Below, in pieces: positions 15,526-24,600 of a stretch of 48,350 nt of DNA. Every line of letters begins with the position of its first letter. Position 1 is the stretch's first letter. Location: positions 1 through 48,350 of the forward strand of contig DASQGG010000181.1 of NCBI GenBank assembly GCA_035632695.1, in the 5' to 3' direction. Position numbers and translations under genes: made by a program. The notes below the pieces were generated by a model. That model was given only the letters and a program-made list of their open reading frames with translations, had not been told where the DNA came from and did no database searches. This DNA is from Thermoplasmata archaeon. Its GTDB lineage: Archaea; Thermoplasmatota; Thermoplasmata; RBG-16-68-12.

Positions 15526-16439
15526 GGAGCTTCGTCGGGGCCTTCGGGCACGTCGTCCTCGACCACATCGTTTCCGTCCCCCGTCTGCCGAAACCGGACA
15601 CGTCCATCGAGATCCTCGACCGCAGCCGGTACTTCGGTGGGACGGCGGGAAACCTGGCCCGGGCCACGGCTCGGCTCGGGACGCGGGTGTCCCTGGCCTC
15701 GTTCGTGGGAGCGGACTTTCCAAAGGACTACCGATCCGCGCTGGCCAAGGATGGCGTGGACCTCCGCGATCTCCGGGAAGTGCCGGGGTACCCGACGCCC
15801 ACGGCCTGGGTCTTCTCCGACCCGAGAGGCCAGCAGATGACCGTCATCGATCAAGGGCCCTGGAGGATCGCGCCGCGGATGCCCGTCCTCCGCCACAGCG
15901 TCCGAGACGTGGACCTCGTACACGTCGGCACGGGTCGGCCGGAGTACTATGCGAAGGTCATGCGCGCCGCGCAAGAGGCCGACCGCCCCATCGCCTTCGA
16001 TCCGGCCCAGGAACTCCGATATGTCTACGACCGGCGCCGGTTCCGTGCGCTCTTCCGCATGGCCACCTACTTCTTCGGGAACGAAGCGGAGGTCGCCCAG
16101 GCAATGCGGTTCGTCGGCGCGACGTCGGTCGTCGATCTCCTCCGGACCGCCGAGGCCGTCGTGGTCACGCGCGGCGCCAAGGGAAGCGCGGTGATTACGC
16201 GGGACGGGAGATTCCGGATCCCCGCGGTCCGGCCCCGCCGAATCGTCGACGTGACCGGCGCGGGGGACGCGTATCGCGCGGGCTTCTACGCGGGCCTCGC
16301 TCGGGGTTACGATCTGCGGCACTGCGGCATCCTGGGTTCTGCGGTCGCGAGCTTCACCCTCGAAGAGAAGGGTACGCAGACGAATCTCCCGACCTGGAAG
16401 CAGGCCGTCGCGCGCGCACGACATCACGCGACGTTCTGA
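15522..16439 (+). CDS. PfkB-family carbohydrate/nucleoside kinase
   Basis: Track ORF 15447..16439. GTG 15522 overlaps the HAD stop (GTGA). GGTAGNLA and DVTGAGDAYRAGF (PfkB signature 2). Confidence 0.88.
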   Translation: MRSFVGAFGHVVLDHIVSVPRLPKPDTSIEILDRSRYFGGTAGNLARATARLGTRVSLASFVGADFPKDYRSALAKDGVDLRDLREVPGYPTPTAWVFSDPRGQQMTVIDQGPWRIAPRMPVLRHSVRDVDLVHVGTGRPEYYAKVMRAAQEADRPIAFDPAQELRYVYDRRRFRALFRMATYFFGNEAEVAQAMRFVGATSVVDLLRTAEAVVVTRGAKGSAVITRDGRFRIPAVRPRRIVDVTGAGDAYRAGFYAGLARGYDLRHCGILGSAVASFTLEEKGTQTNLPTWKQAVARARHHATF

Positions 16440-16478
16440 CGATGCTCCAGAGAAGAATTCGGAGGAGATTATGGAAAG

Positions 16479-16488
16479 GGTTATATCG
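16479..16488 (+). promoter_or_regulatory. TATA-like box (GGTTATATCG)
   Basis: 33 nt upstream of ATG 16521. Followed by the inverted repeat at 16488..16515. Confidence 0.35.
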
Positions 16489-16515
16489 TCACCGGAGGTT
16501 CGCCCCCTCGGTGAC
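16488..16515. repeat. 7-bp perfect inverted repeat GTCACCG / CGGTGAC with a 14-nt loop
   Basis: Arms at 16488..16494 and 16509..16515. Sits exactly between the TATA-like box and the start codon of the RAM-domain gene. Confidence 0.5.
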
Positions 16516-16520
16516 CAGGG

Positions 16521-16754
16521 ATGGCTATCGGGTTCGTGCTCATTAGCACGGCTCCTGCAAAGGAGCACGAGGTGTACAACGAGCTCCTCAAGGTCAAGGA
16601 GATCGTAGAACTACATCCGCTGTTCGGAGAGTACGACCTGATCGCGAAGATTGAGGCGGAGGACTTCAACGTCCTCGGCCAGGTGGTCGTGGACAAAATT
16701 CGGAGCATCCCCGGCGTCATCGACACGAAGACCCTGACCGGGATCAAGTTCTGA
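16521..16754 (+). CDS. stand-alone Lrp/AsnC ligand-binding (RAM) domain protein, no HTH
   Basis: 77 aa. FVLISTAPAKEHEVYNELLKVKEIVELHPLFGEYDLIAKIEAEDFNVLGQVVVDKIRSIPGVIDTKTL matches the AsnC_trans_reg/RAM fold pattern. Confidence 0.85.
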   Translation: MAIGFVLISTAPAKEHEVYNELLKVKEIVELHPLFGEYDLIAKIEAEDFNVLGQVVVDKIRSIPGVIDTKTLTGIKF

Positions 16755-16764
16755 GGCGAAACGC

Positions 16765-17094
16765 ATGGCGGCGCTCGATGCATGGCAACTCTGGTCGTTC
16801 GTGACGATTCTGATTCTGACGTTCGCCCTGTTCCTCCTGATTACAGGGGCGTTCACCGCGTACTTCGGGAGCGGGAAGAGCCGGAAGATTGGGGCCGGCC
16901 TGCTTGTGGGTGGTTTGGTCGTCGGGATTCTCTGGGCGTACTACGTCTACACGGCGCACCCCATCGCGGGAGTCCTCGCGGGGCCCGTGGGTTTGGGCAC
17001 CGTGGTGATTCAGGCGATCGGCGTAATCCTCGCCGCCGTGATTGGCGCCGGAATCGCGATTGGGCTGTTCCTCCTCGCAATCATGAAGAGCTGA
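16765..17094 (+). CDS. small membrane protein (3 predicted TM helices), function unknown
   Basis: 109 aa, hydrophobic with high GC3. Starts 10 nt after the RAM gene stop. Confidence 0.6.
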   Translation: MAALDAWQLWSFVTILILTFALFLLITGAFTAYFGSGKSRKIGAGLLVGGLVVGILWAYYVYTAHPIAGVLAGPVGLGTVVIQAIGVILAAVIGAGIAIGLFLLAIMKS

Positions 17095-17142
17095 GGACGC
17101 AGCCCCTCTTTCTCTCGTCGCGAATGTGAGTCCACGGGCCGG

Positions 17143-17170
17143 AGGGTGGGAAGCCTTAATTGCCCACCCT
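17143..17170. repeat. 8-bp perfect inverted repeat AGGGTGGG / CCCACCCT around a TATA-like loop
   Basis: Arms at 17143..17150 and 17163..17170. The 12-nt loop is AAGCCTTAATTG. Immediately upstream of purE. Confidence 0.6.
17151..17160 (+). promoter_or_regulatory. TATA-like box (AAGCCTTAAT) for purE-guaAB
   Basis: Distal edge 27 nt from ATG 17187. Embedded in the loop of the inverted repeat. Confidence 0.45.
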
Positions 17171-17186
17171 TGCTTCTGCCCAACCG

Positions 17187-17660
17187 ATGCCCGTCGATGT
17201 GCTCATCGTCCTGGGGAGCAAGAGCGACGCGGAGGTCGGCAAGGCCGCCGGGAAGATCCTCGACGAGTTCGGGGTCGAATACGAGATCGTCGTGGCCTCG
17301 GCCCACCGCACGCCGGACCTCCTGAGAGACTTGGTCCGGAACACCCCCGCCAAGGTCTTCATTGCGGTCGCGGGTCTCTCCGCCGCGCTGCCGGGTACCA
17401 TTGCCGCACACACCCTGAAGCCCGTCGTGGGCGTGCCTGTGAGCGGCAAGGTGAACCTTGACTCGATTCTCAGCGTGACCCAGATGCCGCCGGGAGTGCC
17501 CGTAGCGGCCGTCGGGCTCGATCGTGGCGAGAACGCCGCGATCCTCGCATCCCAGATCCTCGCGCTGGGCGACGAGCGGCTCGCGGGCAAACTCAAGGAG
17601 CATCGCGAGGCCTTGAAGAAGTGGGTCCTCGAGGACTCGCGCACGCTGAAGGATGAGTGA
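17187..17660 (+). CDS. purE: N5-carboxyaminoimidazole ribonucleotide mutase / AIR carboxylase catalytic subunit
   Basis: [13 protein letters not shown] and VASAHRTPD signatures. Track start TTG 17160 is an alternative to ATG 17187. Confidence 0.92.
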   Translation: MPVDVLIVLGSKSDAEVGKAAGKILDEFGVEYEIVVASAHRTPDLLRDLVRNTPAKVFIAVAGLSAALPGTIAAHTLKPVVGVPVSGKVNLDSILSVTQMPPGVPVAAVGLDRGENAAILASQILALGDERLAGKLKEHREALKKWVLEDSRTLKDE

Positions 17661-18604
17661 TGTTCGACCCGAAGGCCTTCGTGGAGGAGCAGGTCACCGC
17701 CCTCCGGGAGGCCGTGAAGGGGAAGGCCATCATCGCGGTGTCCGGCGGGGTCGACAGCACAACCGCCGCGGTCATTGCATCCCGCGCCCTCGGGAATCGC
17801 CTCCTCGCGGTCTACGTGGACACGGGGCTCATGCGGAAGGGCGAGACGGCCGACGTCGCGACCACCCTCGAAGGCCTTCGCGTCCATCACCGGATCATCG
17901 ATGCGGCGGACGAGTATTTCGCCGCCCTGAACGGCGTCACGGATCCGGAGAAGAAGCGGCACATCATCGGAAACAAGTTCATCGAGATCTTCGAGCGGGA
18001 GGCGTCCGCATTCGGCGCGTCCTACCTGGTCCAGGGGACGATCGCCCCGGACTGGATCGAGAGCGGTGGCCAACTGCGGGATCGGATCAAGTCCCACCAC
18101 AACGTCGCAGGGCTCCCGGAGAACATGAAGCTGAAACTCGTCGAGCCGCTGAGGGACCTCTACAAGGACGAGGTCCGCAAGGTCGCTCGCGAGCTCGGCG
18201 TGCGCGTCGCGGAACGCCAGCCCTTCCCTGGACCTGCCCTCGCGGTCCGGGTGATCGGCGAAGTGACGCCCGAGCGCGTTGCCTTGGCCCGAGAGGCTTC
18301 CGCGATTGTTGAAGAGGAGCTGGAGCTCGCGGCGAAGAAGGGGCTCATCTCCCTCCCGTGGCAGTACTTCGCCGCCCTCCTGCCCGTACAGACGGTCGGC
18401 GTCCACGGAGACCTCCGCGTGTACGGAAGCACGGTCGCGGTGCGGTCCGTGGAATCCATCGACGGGATGAGCGGGACCTACTCGAAGATCCCCCACGAGG
18501 TCCTCGATCGAATCAGCATCCGAATCACGAACGAGGTCAAGGGCATCAACCGCGTCGTGTACGACATCACGAACAAACCGCCGGCCACGATCGAGTGGGA
18601 GTAG
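17660..18604 (+). CDS. guaAB: GMP synthase subunit B (ATP pyrophosphatase), archaeal split form
   Basis: AVSGGVDSTTAAV PP-loop and C-terminal dimerisation domain ending PPATIEWE. ATG 17660 overlaps the purE stop (TGATG). TAG stop. Confidence 0.95.
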   Translation: MFDPKAFVEEQVTALREAVKGKAIIAVSGGVDSTTAAVIASRALGNRLLAVYVDTGLMRKGETADVATTLEGLRVHHRIIDAADEYFAALNGVTDPEKKRHIIGNKFIEIFEREASAFGASYLVQGTIAPDWIESGGQLRDRIKSHHNVAGLPENMKLKLVEPLRDLYKDEVRKVARELGVRVAERQPFPGPALAVRVIGEVTPERVALAREASAIVEEELELAAKKGLISLPWQYFAALLPVQTVGVHGDLRVYGSTVAVRSVESIDGMSGTYSKIPHEVLDRISIRITNEVKGINRVVYDITNKPPATIEWE

Positions 18605-18608
18605 CCCT

Positions 18609-19361
18609 TCAGGCGCTCGGTGTCCTCTCGGCCGCGAGACCGCTCCGGATCTCCCGGTATATGAGGATGAACAGGCCAATCGAAATGGCGCTCGTGCCCA
18701 GGCCCGCAACGATGCCGGCAAGGAAGGGCAGCAGAGACGCAATGGTCAGGAGGCCGCTCCCCGCGGCGAATGCCGCGAGCCCGGACCACACGATGGCTCC
18801 GGCGGCACCGAGGCTCATCGCCACCAGGAGGCGAACGCGCGCATCTTCCTGGGCAAGCCCCTGGACCGCGTAGTAGAGAGTGAGCCCCGCGAAGATCGCG
18901 CGCATCCCCGCCAAGACGACGCTCAGGCTCGTGGCCCAGTCCGGCGGAGCCGATCCGATCCCCGGGAAGGTGAGGAACGGCCCCGTGAGGGAGGGCACGA
19001 CAATCCCGGTGGCCAGGAGGACCATCGTGACCGCCAGCCAGGGCAGCGTCCGCTCCACGGAAACCGCGTGCTCCCGTCCTAACTCCCGACGGCTCCCCCA
19101 AAGGCCCGCGAGGCCGACGCAGTAGGCGAGTCCCGCACCCACGCCGAGAATCAGCAGGAACCAGGAGAGGACGAGCAGGGCGTTCCCGAGCATCACCCGC
19201 TGGTCGATCGTGGGGGACGGGAGACCGTACGCCGGGATGAGGGCGATCAGGCCGACCGCGGTGAGGACCGCCAGAGCCAGGAATCCCTCCAGGCCTCGGA
19301 TCGCCCAGGTCAAGCCCCGAGCCGCCCGGTCTCTCACCGGACGCCGCGGTCCCTCGGGCAT
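18609..19361 (-). CDS. polytopic membrane protein, function unknown
   Basis: Track ORF 18609..19457 trimmed to ATG 19361 (MPEGPRRP...). The longer form would overlap the divergent guaAA start, and a TATA-like box sits 26 nt upstream of 19361. Confidence 0.6.
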   Translation of the reverse strand: MPEGPRRPVRDRAARGLTWAIRGLEGFLALAVLTAVGLIALIPAYGLPSPTIDQRVMLGNALLVLSWFLLILGVGAGLAYCVGLAGLWGSRRELGREHAVSVERTLPWLAVTMVLLATGIVVPSLTGPFLTFPGIGSAPPDWATSLSVVLAGMRAIFAGLTLYYAVQGLAQEDARVRLLVAMSLGAAGAIVWSGLAAFAAGSGLLTIASLLPFLAGIVAGLGTSAISIGLFILIYREIRSGLAAERTPSA

Positions 19362-19386
19362 GGAGCCCCGGATACCGCCGCCGCGT

Positions 19387-19396
19387 ACATAAAGAG
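19387..19396 (-). promoter_or_regulatory. TATA-like box (CTCTTTATGT on the minus strand)
   Basis: Proximal edge 26 nt from ATG 19361. Confidence 0.4.
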
Positions 19397-19421
19397 CCGG
19401 CCACCGCCGCCGTGGTCGGAG

Positions 19422-19431
19422 AAAGCTTTTT
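19422..19431 (+). promoter_or_regulatory. TATA-like box (AAAGCTTTTT) for guaAA
   Basis: Distal edge 25 nt from ATG 19456. Confidence 0.4.
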
Positions 19432-19455
19432 CCCCGGCCCTCGCTTGCGACCTCC

Positions 19456-20022
19456 ATGCGTGTCTACGTCGTCGACAACGGAGGGCAGTGGACCCACCGT
19501 GAGTGGCGGGTGCTCAAGTACCTAGGCGCGGACACGAAGATCGTACCGAACGACACGCCGGTGGCCCAGCTCCAAGATGTGGACGGCCTCGTGCTGTCCG
19601 GGGGCGCGCCGCGGGTCGGGATCGACCCCGGCAAGATGGGCCGGAACGGCGAGTACCTCGATGGGATCGAGGCACCCATCCTGGGCATCTGCGCCGGACA
19701 CCAGTTCATGGCGAAGCATTTCGGGGGCGACGCGGCCCCGTCCGCGGTGCCCGAGTTCGGGAAGGCGGTACTCACCGTGAAGCAGGCGGACGTCCTCTTC
19801 GACGGCCTGCCGTCCTCCTTCGAAGTCTGGGAATCGCACAACGACGAGGTCAGCGCCCTCCCCAAGGGGTTCACGGCCCTTGCGAGTTCCCCCAATTGCG
19901 CGGTCCAGGCCATGCGGAGCCAAAACCGGGCCCTGTTCGGCCTCCAGTTCCACCCGGAGGTCGAGAACACCCAGCACGGCTACGAGATCCTCCGGAACTT
20001 CCTCAAGGTGTGTGAGGGCTGA
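19456..20022 (+). CDS. guaAA: GMP synthase subunit A (glutamine amidotransferase), archaeal split form
   Basis: 188 aa. GICAGHQ nucleophile elbow and QFHPEV His/Glu motif of class I GATases. Confidence 0.95.
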   Translation: MRVYVVDNGGQWTHREWRVLKYLGADTKIVPNDTPVAQLQDVDGLVLSGGAPRVGIDPGKMGRNGEYLDGIEAPILGICAGHQFMAKHFGGDAAPSAVPEFGKAVLTVKQADVLFDGLPSSFEVWESHNDEVSALPKGFTALASSPNCAVQAMRSQNRALFGLQFHPEVENTQHGYEILRNFLKVCEG

Positions 20023-20056
20023 ACAGCGTTTTATCGCGACACGTCCTTTCCGTCGC

Positions 20057-20269
20057 GTGGCCCTCAAGGTCCCCGTCTCGCAAGTCTTGAAGGAGGCCCT
20101 CGTGGTCCGGGACCAGGACTCGTTCGAGCGGTGCCTCGGTGAGTCGGTTCGGCGGCAAGGCGGCAGCTACCAGGACTACATCGACCTCGTGTCCCGCGTG
20201 CGCGAAACCGCGAACCGGCGGAAGGTCACCTTGCGCGAAGCGGCGCGGTTCCTGGCGGATCAGCCATAG
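20057..20269 (+). CDS. small hypothetical protein (70 aa)
   Basis: GC3 becomes very high only from GTG 20057 (MALKVPVSQVLKEALVVRDQDSFERCLGES...KVTLREAARFLADQP). CGTTTTATCG box 21 nt upstream. The 3' end overlaps the convergent dehydrogenase gene by 10 nt. Confidence 0.5.
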   Translation: MALKVPVSQVLKEALVVRDQDSFERCLGESVRRQGGSYQDYIDLVSRVRETANRRKVTLREAARFLADQP

Positions 20270-21204
20270 ACGTTCGGGTTGACGAGGAAGTCGGGCTTCT
20301 TCCCGTCGAGGGCCTTCAGCACCTGATCCGCGATGATCGCGCCGGCGCGGGTCTGCGCCTCGTGGGTCGACGCGCCTAGATGCGGCGTGAAGGTCACGTG
20401 GGGCGCGGTGAGGAGCGGGCTCCCCACGGGCGGCTCCTTCTCGAACACGTCGAGGGCGGCACCCGCGATCACGCCGTTCCTCAGCGCCTCAGCGAGGGCG
20501 GACTCCTGGACGATCTCCCCGCGAGCGCAGTTCACGAGGACCACGGTCTTCTTCATGCTCGCGAGGTCCTTCGGGCCGATCATCCCCCGGGTTTCCGGCG
20601 TGAGCGCGGCATGGACGCTGATGAAGTCCGAATCCCGCAGCACGCGTTCCTTGTCCACCAAGGCGACGTTGATCTTCTGGGCAATCTCCGCCGGAAGGTA
20701 CGGATCGAAGGCGATGACCTTCATGCCGAATGCCTGGGCCCGTTTCGCGACCTCGGCGCCGATGCGGCCCGAGCCGATCAAACCGAGGGTCTTCCCGTAC
20801 ATCTCGTGGCCCTCGAACTGCTTCTTCTCCCACTTCCCCTCCTTGATGCTCTTGTCCGCCTGGGGCAGGAAGCGGCACCAGGAAATCATGTGGCCGATCG
20901 CGAGCTCCGCGACGCTGACCGTGCTCGCGGTGGGCGCGTTCACGACCAAGATCTTGCGGGCGGTCGCCACGTCCACGTCGATGTTGTCCACCCCCACGCC
21001 GGCCCGGCCCACGACCTTGAGGTTCGCGGCCTTCCCCAGGACCTCCTTGGTGACCTTCGTGCGGCCTCGCACGATGAGCGCATGGTAGGCGGGAATCTGG
21101 TCGAGGAGCTGTTTCGCGTCGAGCTCGGCAACATCGACCTGGTGGGCCTTCTTCAGCGAGGCGACCGCGTCCGCCTCGAGTCCGTCCGTGATCAGGATCT
21201 TCAT
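20260..21204 (-). CDS. D-isomer-specific 2-hydroxyacid dehydrogenase, phosphoglycerate-dehydrogenase-like (no ACT domain)
   Basis: Track ORF trimmed to ATG 21204 (MKILITDGLE...). GLIGSGRIGAEVAKRA NAD motif and catalytic R/E/H region (NCARGEIV ... TPHLGAST). Confidence 0.9.
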   Translation of the reverse strand: MKILITDGLEADAVASLKKAHQVDVAELDAKQLLDQIPAYHALIVRGRTKVTKEVLGKAANLKVVGRAGVGVDNIDVDVATARKILVVNAPTASTVSVAELAIGHMISWCRFLPQADKSIKEGKWEKKQFEGHEMYGKTLGLIGSGRIGAEVAKRAQAFGMKVIAFDPYLPAEIAQKINVALVDKERVLRDSDFISVHAALTPETRGMIGPKDLASMKKTVVLVNCARGEIVQESALAEALRNGVIAGAALDVFEKEPPVGSPLLTAPHVTFTPHLGASTHEAQTRAGAIIADQVLKALDGKKPDFLVNPNVYG

Positions 21205-21231
21205 GGTCTCGCGGGGCCCAAAGACGGCCCC

Positions 21232-21241
21232 GGATAAAAAC
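21232..21241 (-). promoter_or_regulatory. TATA-like box / T-tract (GTTTTTATCC on the minus strand)
   Basis: Proximal edge 28 nt from ATG 21204. It directly follows the DUF131 stop, so the T5 run could also act as an archaeal terminator. GGGGCC/GGCCCC hairpin at 21213..21231. Confidence 0.4.
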
Positions 21242-21667
21242 TCAGATGCCCCGTAGTGCAATGACTGTAAGGACCAGGAGCGCGACAAACAAGAGCACGC
21301 CGAGGACCAGCATCCATCGCGCGATCCTCTCGTCGGAGCCGAAGACCACGGGGATGGGGCCTAAGAAGACCACGCCGCCCCATCGGCGCTGCGGTGCCGC
21401 GGGTGGGGTCCCCGCCGGCGGAGGGACGGGACCGGGAGCGACGGGAGACGTGTCCGGGATGCTCCCGGTCAGGAAGAAGACGAACACACCGGCGACCATG
21501 AAGACGATGCCGAGGATCGACCACACCCCCGTGGCGGTGACCACGGGAAAGACCACGAACAGGCTCAGGGTGGCCTCACCCTGCAGGAAGCCTACGGCCA
21601 GCGCGGCCAGGCCGCCCAAGAACAGTGCGGGTCCTGCGAGCCGGACGAGGCGCACGGCGCAGCCCAT
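21242..21667 (-). CDS. DUF131 / TIGR00304-type archaeal membrane protein
   Basis: TM-rich N-terminus, a Pro-rich linker, then WGGVVFLGPIPVVFGS, the conserved GGV(I/V)xIGPIP(I/V)xFG motif of this family. Confidence 0.7.
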   Translation of the reverse strand: MGCAVRLVRLAGPALFLGGLAALAVGFLQGEATLSLFVVFPVVTATGVWSILGIVFMVAGVFVFFLTGSIPDTSPVAPGPVPPPAGTPPAAPQRRWGGVVFLGPIPVVFGSDERIARWMLVLGVLLFVALLVLTVIALRGI

Positions 21668-21679
21668 CCGTGGACCTCG

Positions 21680-24600
21680 CTAAAGCTTTGCCTGCCCCGG
21701 AATCACGCCGGATCTGTAGGACTGGAGCGAACGGACGCCGAGGTCACCGCGACGCAGTTCCTCGATGGCCTGCGCGGCGGCGATCGCCGCCTGCACGGTC
21801 GGGATGAACGGGATGTTGAGGTCCACGGCCAGCCGACGCATCATGTAGCCGTCCCGCCGTGCGCCACTCGAGTTCGTCGGCGTGTTGATCACGAGCTGGA
21901 TCTGCCCGCGGCGCATGAGCCCGAGGGCGTCCGGGGATTGGTTCTCGCTGATCCGGTAGACCGTCGTGACCTCGACCCCGTGCTCCCGGAGGAACTGCGC
22001 CGTGCCGCGCGTCGCGTACAGGATCAGCCCCTGCTTCGCGAGCCGCGCCGCCACGGGCAGGAACGCGGGCTTGTCCTCGTCCCGGACCGTGAGGTAGACG
22101 CCCCCCGCACTCGGCAGGACGTTGCCCGCCGCAATCATCGCCTTCGCGTACGCGCGGCCCAGGGTGCGATCGATCCCCATGACCTCCCCGGTGCTCTTCA
22201 TCTCAGGCCCCAGGACCGCGTCCACGCCGGGCAGGCGCTGGAAGGGGAAGACGGGCGCCTTGACCGCGACGTGGTCGATGCGGGGTTCCTTCCCGAGGCC
22301 GAGACGCTTCAAGGATGTGCCGAGCATGACCTGGGTGGCCACCTTGGCGAGGCTCACGCCGATCGCCTTGGAGACGTAGGGGACCGTGCGGCTGGCACGC
22401 GGGTTCGCCTCGAGCACGTAGACGGTGCCGTCCTTGACCGCGAGCTGGAGGTTCGCGAGACCCACGATGTGCAAGGCCCTGCAGATCTTGCGCGTGGTCG
22501 TCCGAATCTGCTTGAGGACTTCGTCCGAGAGGGTCTGGCTCGGCAGGACGCACGCCGCGTCGCCCGAGTGGATCCCGGCCTCCTCGATGTGCTCCTGGAT
22601 TCCGCCGATGAACAGGTCCCGGCCATCCGCGACGACGTCCACGTCGATCTCCGTCGCGTGGGAGAGGTACTTGTCCACGAGGACGGGGTGGTCCTTCGAA
22701 ACGCGGGTCGCCGCCTCCATGAAGTCCCGGAGCTCGTCTTCGCCATGTACGATCTCCATGCCCCGCCCGCCGAGCACGTAGGAGGGGCGGACGAGGACGG
22801 GATAGCCGACGCGGGCCGCAGCCTCGCGGATCTCCTCGAAGCTGTAGCCCGAGGCCCCGGGAGGCTGGGGGATTCGCAATCGGGTCATGAGCGCGGCGAA
22901 CCGACGCCGATCCTCCGCGAGGTCGATGAAATCCGCGGGGGTCCCAAGGATCCTCGTCTTCGACCGGCGTCGGGTGAGCTCCCGTTGGAGGGGGACCGCC
23001 AGATTGATTGAGGTCTGACCGCCGAACTGGACGATCACGCCGTCGGGTCGCTCGACGTCAATCAGATTGAGGACGTCCTCCAAGAGGAGCGGCTCGAAGT
23101 AAAGGCGGTCCGAGATGTCGAAGTCCGTGGACACGGTCTCGGGGTTGTTGTTCGCGATGATCGCGGTCCGGCCGGCCTCCCGCAACGCGAAGATCCCCTG
23201 GACGCAGCAGTAGTCGAACTCGACGCCCTGGCCGATGCGGATCGGGCCCGCGCCGACGATCAGAACCTTCCGGCGGCCCCCCCGCCGCGCCTCCGAGGAG
23301 GGCTCGAAGGTGGAGTAGAAGTAAGGAGTCTCGGCCTCGAACTCGCCTCCGCATGTGTCGACCATCTTGTACGCGACCCGCGGGCGGGATCGGCGCACCC
23401 TATCCTCCCGCCAGCCGAGGATCCGCGCCAAGTCCGCATCCGAGAATCCGAGCCGCTTGGCGCTCGCGAGGAGCGTCTTCGACGGCGATGCCGCCTTCAG
23501 GCGCGTCTCGAAGTCGACGATGCCCCGGACCTTGCGGAGGAAGAAGGGATCCCACGCCGTGAGTTCGGCCACCTTCTCGACGCCCCACCCCCGGCGCAAG
23601 GCTTCCGCGATCGCGAAGAGCCGGCGGTCCGTCGGATGCTCGAGGTCTTCTCGGAGCTCGGGGTCGGTCCGGGAGTCCGCCTCGAGCCCGATGCGACCCA
23701 CCTCCAGGGACCGCACCGCCTTGAGGAGGGATTCCTCGAACGTGCGCCCGATCGCCATGACCTCCCCCGTGCTCTTCATCGAGGTCCCGAGGCGGCGATC
23801 GACGGTCCGGAACTTGTCGAAGGGCCACCGAGGAATCTTCGTGACCACGTAGTCCAGGGTGGGCTCGAAGGAGGCGAGGGTCCTGCCCGTGACCGGATTC
23901 GGGATCTCGTCGAGGGTCATGCCCACCGCGATCTTCGCCGCGATGCGCGCGATCGGGTAACCCGTGGCCTTCGAGGCGAGCGCGGAGGATCGCGAGACGC
24001 GGGGGTTGACCTCGATCACGCGGTACTCGCCCGTTTTCGGATGGACCGCGAACTGGATGTTGCAGCCGCCCTCGATGCCCAGTGCGCGAATGATCCGCAG
24101 GGCCGCGGACCGCAGGGTCTGGTGGTCCTCGTCGCTCAGGGTCTGGGCCGGGGCCACCACGATGGACTCGCCAGTGTGGACGCCCATCGGGTCCAGGTTC
24201 TCCATGTTGCAGATCGTGATGCAGTTGTCCGCGGCGTCCCGCATGACCTCGTACTCGAACTCCTTCCAGCCCAGGACGCTCTCCTCGACGAGGACCTGCT
24301 TGATCCGCGAGTACGCCACGCCCAGGGAGACGATGTGCTCGAGTTCGGCGGGATCATGGGCCACGCCGCTCCCGCTCCCGCCGAGCGTGTAGGCCGCACG
24401 CACGATTACGGGGAAGCCGAACTCGTCCGCGAAGGACCGCGCCGCCTCCGCATCGGAGACGGCCCGGCTCCGCGGAATGGGTTCGCCGATGGACCGCATG
24501 AGGGACGCGAACTTCTCGCGGTCCTCGCCCGCCTGGATCGCTTCGAGCCGTGTGCCGAGGAGTTCCACGCCGTACTTCGCGAGGACGCCCCGGTCCGCGA

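Noticed and set aside
17141-17150. 10-mer GGAGGGTGGG shared between the purE upstream region and the antiporter upstream region (32857..32866), as a possible common regulatory element
   Set aside because: At 32857 it is simply a Shine-Dalgarno site 8 nt before GTG 32870. At 17141 it forms one arm of a local dyad. Two copies of a G-rich SD-like 10-mer in GC-rich DNA is weak evidence.
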